Of a stretch of 64,000 bases of DNA, positions 63,195-64,000 are shown in pieces. The notes beneath the pieces are model-generated. The model was not told the origin of the DNA. It made no database searches and was given only the letters and a program-made list of their open reading frames with translations. A program made the translations under genes and the position numbers. The stretch comes from Felis catus. Taxonomy: Eukaryota. The stretch spans positions 27,344,001-27,408,000 of the forward strand of contig NC_058369.1 in assembly GCF_018350175.1 (NCBI RefSeq). Reading direction: 5' to 3'. Each line of letters opens with the position of its first letter. Position 1 is the first letter of the stretch.

Positions 63195-63745
63195 TACATT
63201 GTTGATGAAGATATAAATTGTAAGCCCTCTCAGGTGGGCAATTTGGCAGTGTATCTCAAAATTTAAAACACACGTGTCATTGAACTCAAGAGTTCTCATT
63301 CCAGAAATTTATCCAACACGTGTATTTGGACATGTACTCAAGGGTGTTCCTTGTAGCACTGTTTATATTAGGGTAAAAAATCTGTAAAGAATTTAAACAT
63401 CTATTAATAGGGTCCTAGTTACATAAGTATGATACATCTATACAGTGAGAGATCATGTAGTCATTTAAAATAATGGTAGCTCTATATAATAGTTTAAAAA
63501 GATTTCTAAGATATATTAAGTGAAGAATGTCAAGATACAGAATATTGTATCAAGTGTGCCATGGTGCTTAAAATGGATATATAAATATGTGCATAAATAT
63601 TTGTACACATGTGCATATGTGGGTATATATATATATATATATGTATTTTCATTTATATATACACATGGACACCTTCTGAAAAATACATGAGAAACTTTAA
63701 TGACTGCTTTGGGGGTGGAAGAAAGACAAACTTTTTTTCATTGGG
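63195..63745 (+). mobile_element. L1ME-type 3' fragment
   Basis: gggcaatttggcagtgtatctcaaaatttaaaa, gtagcactgtttata, gatatattaagtgaa. Confidence 0.85.
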
Positions 63746-63748
63746 TCC

Positions 63749-64000
63749 TTTTTTAAAATTGAAGAATAATTGATGTACAATATTTTATTAGTTTCAGGTA
63801 TACAGCATAGTGATTCAATATTTTCATACGTTAAGAAATGGTCACCATAATAAGTCTAGTTCCCATCTGTCACCATACAAAGTTGTAACAATGTTACTGA
63901 CTATATTTCCTATGCTATATATCGCAACCATGTATCTTATTTATTTTATAATTGGAAGATTGGATTTTTTAATCCTCTTCATCTATTTCATCCATTTTTT
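63749..64000 (-). mobile_element. L1 3' end (L1MA9/carnivore L1-like), runs off the window
   Basis: tattagtttcaggtatacagcatagtgattcaata, catctgtcaccatacaaag, tatttattttataattggaag. Confidence 0.9.

Noticed and set aside
1..64000. Host gene or locus identity, CpG-island promoter, NUMT or viral insert
   Set aside because: No recognisable coding exon, CpG island, mitochondrial or viral sequence seen; a genome alignment is needed.

Overview
Mammalian (carnivoran, most likely felid) non-coding DNA. It is AT-rich and CpG-depleted, with no CpG island, no recognisable promoter and no ORF I can tie to a known protein. The lineage call rests on 12 tRNA-derived Can-SINEs, including SINEC_Fc-type copies and several with visible target-site duplications. 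These sit among much older eutherian repeats: many MIR and L2 fragments, L1M 3' ends, an HAL1/L1MC-like block, MLT1/LTR16-type solo LTRs, and hAT MITEs (MER20, MER63, MER96B, MER102, MER3, MER5A, MER81). Family names come from recalled consensus sequences, not from a search, and boundaries of old repeats are approximate. Several repeat-free islands between the repeats are dense in homeodomain, octamer, FOX and Onecut motifs, which suggests a large intron or gene desert with enhancers; I could not identify the locus. The longer ORFs in the track are explained by SINEs, satellites or chance. Best leads: a few strong splice-site-flanked (micro)exon candidates, a tail-only retroposition scar with a perfect 18-bp TSD, a MER20 carrying an improved CTCF motif, a higher-order minisatellite, and an unexplained exact 19-bp repeat 2.6 kb apart. 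I did not find convincing evidence of a novel multi-component system.
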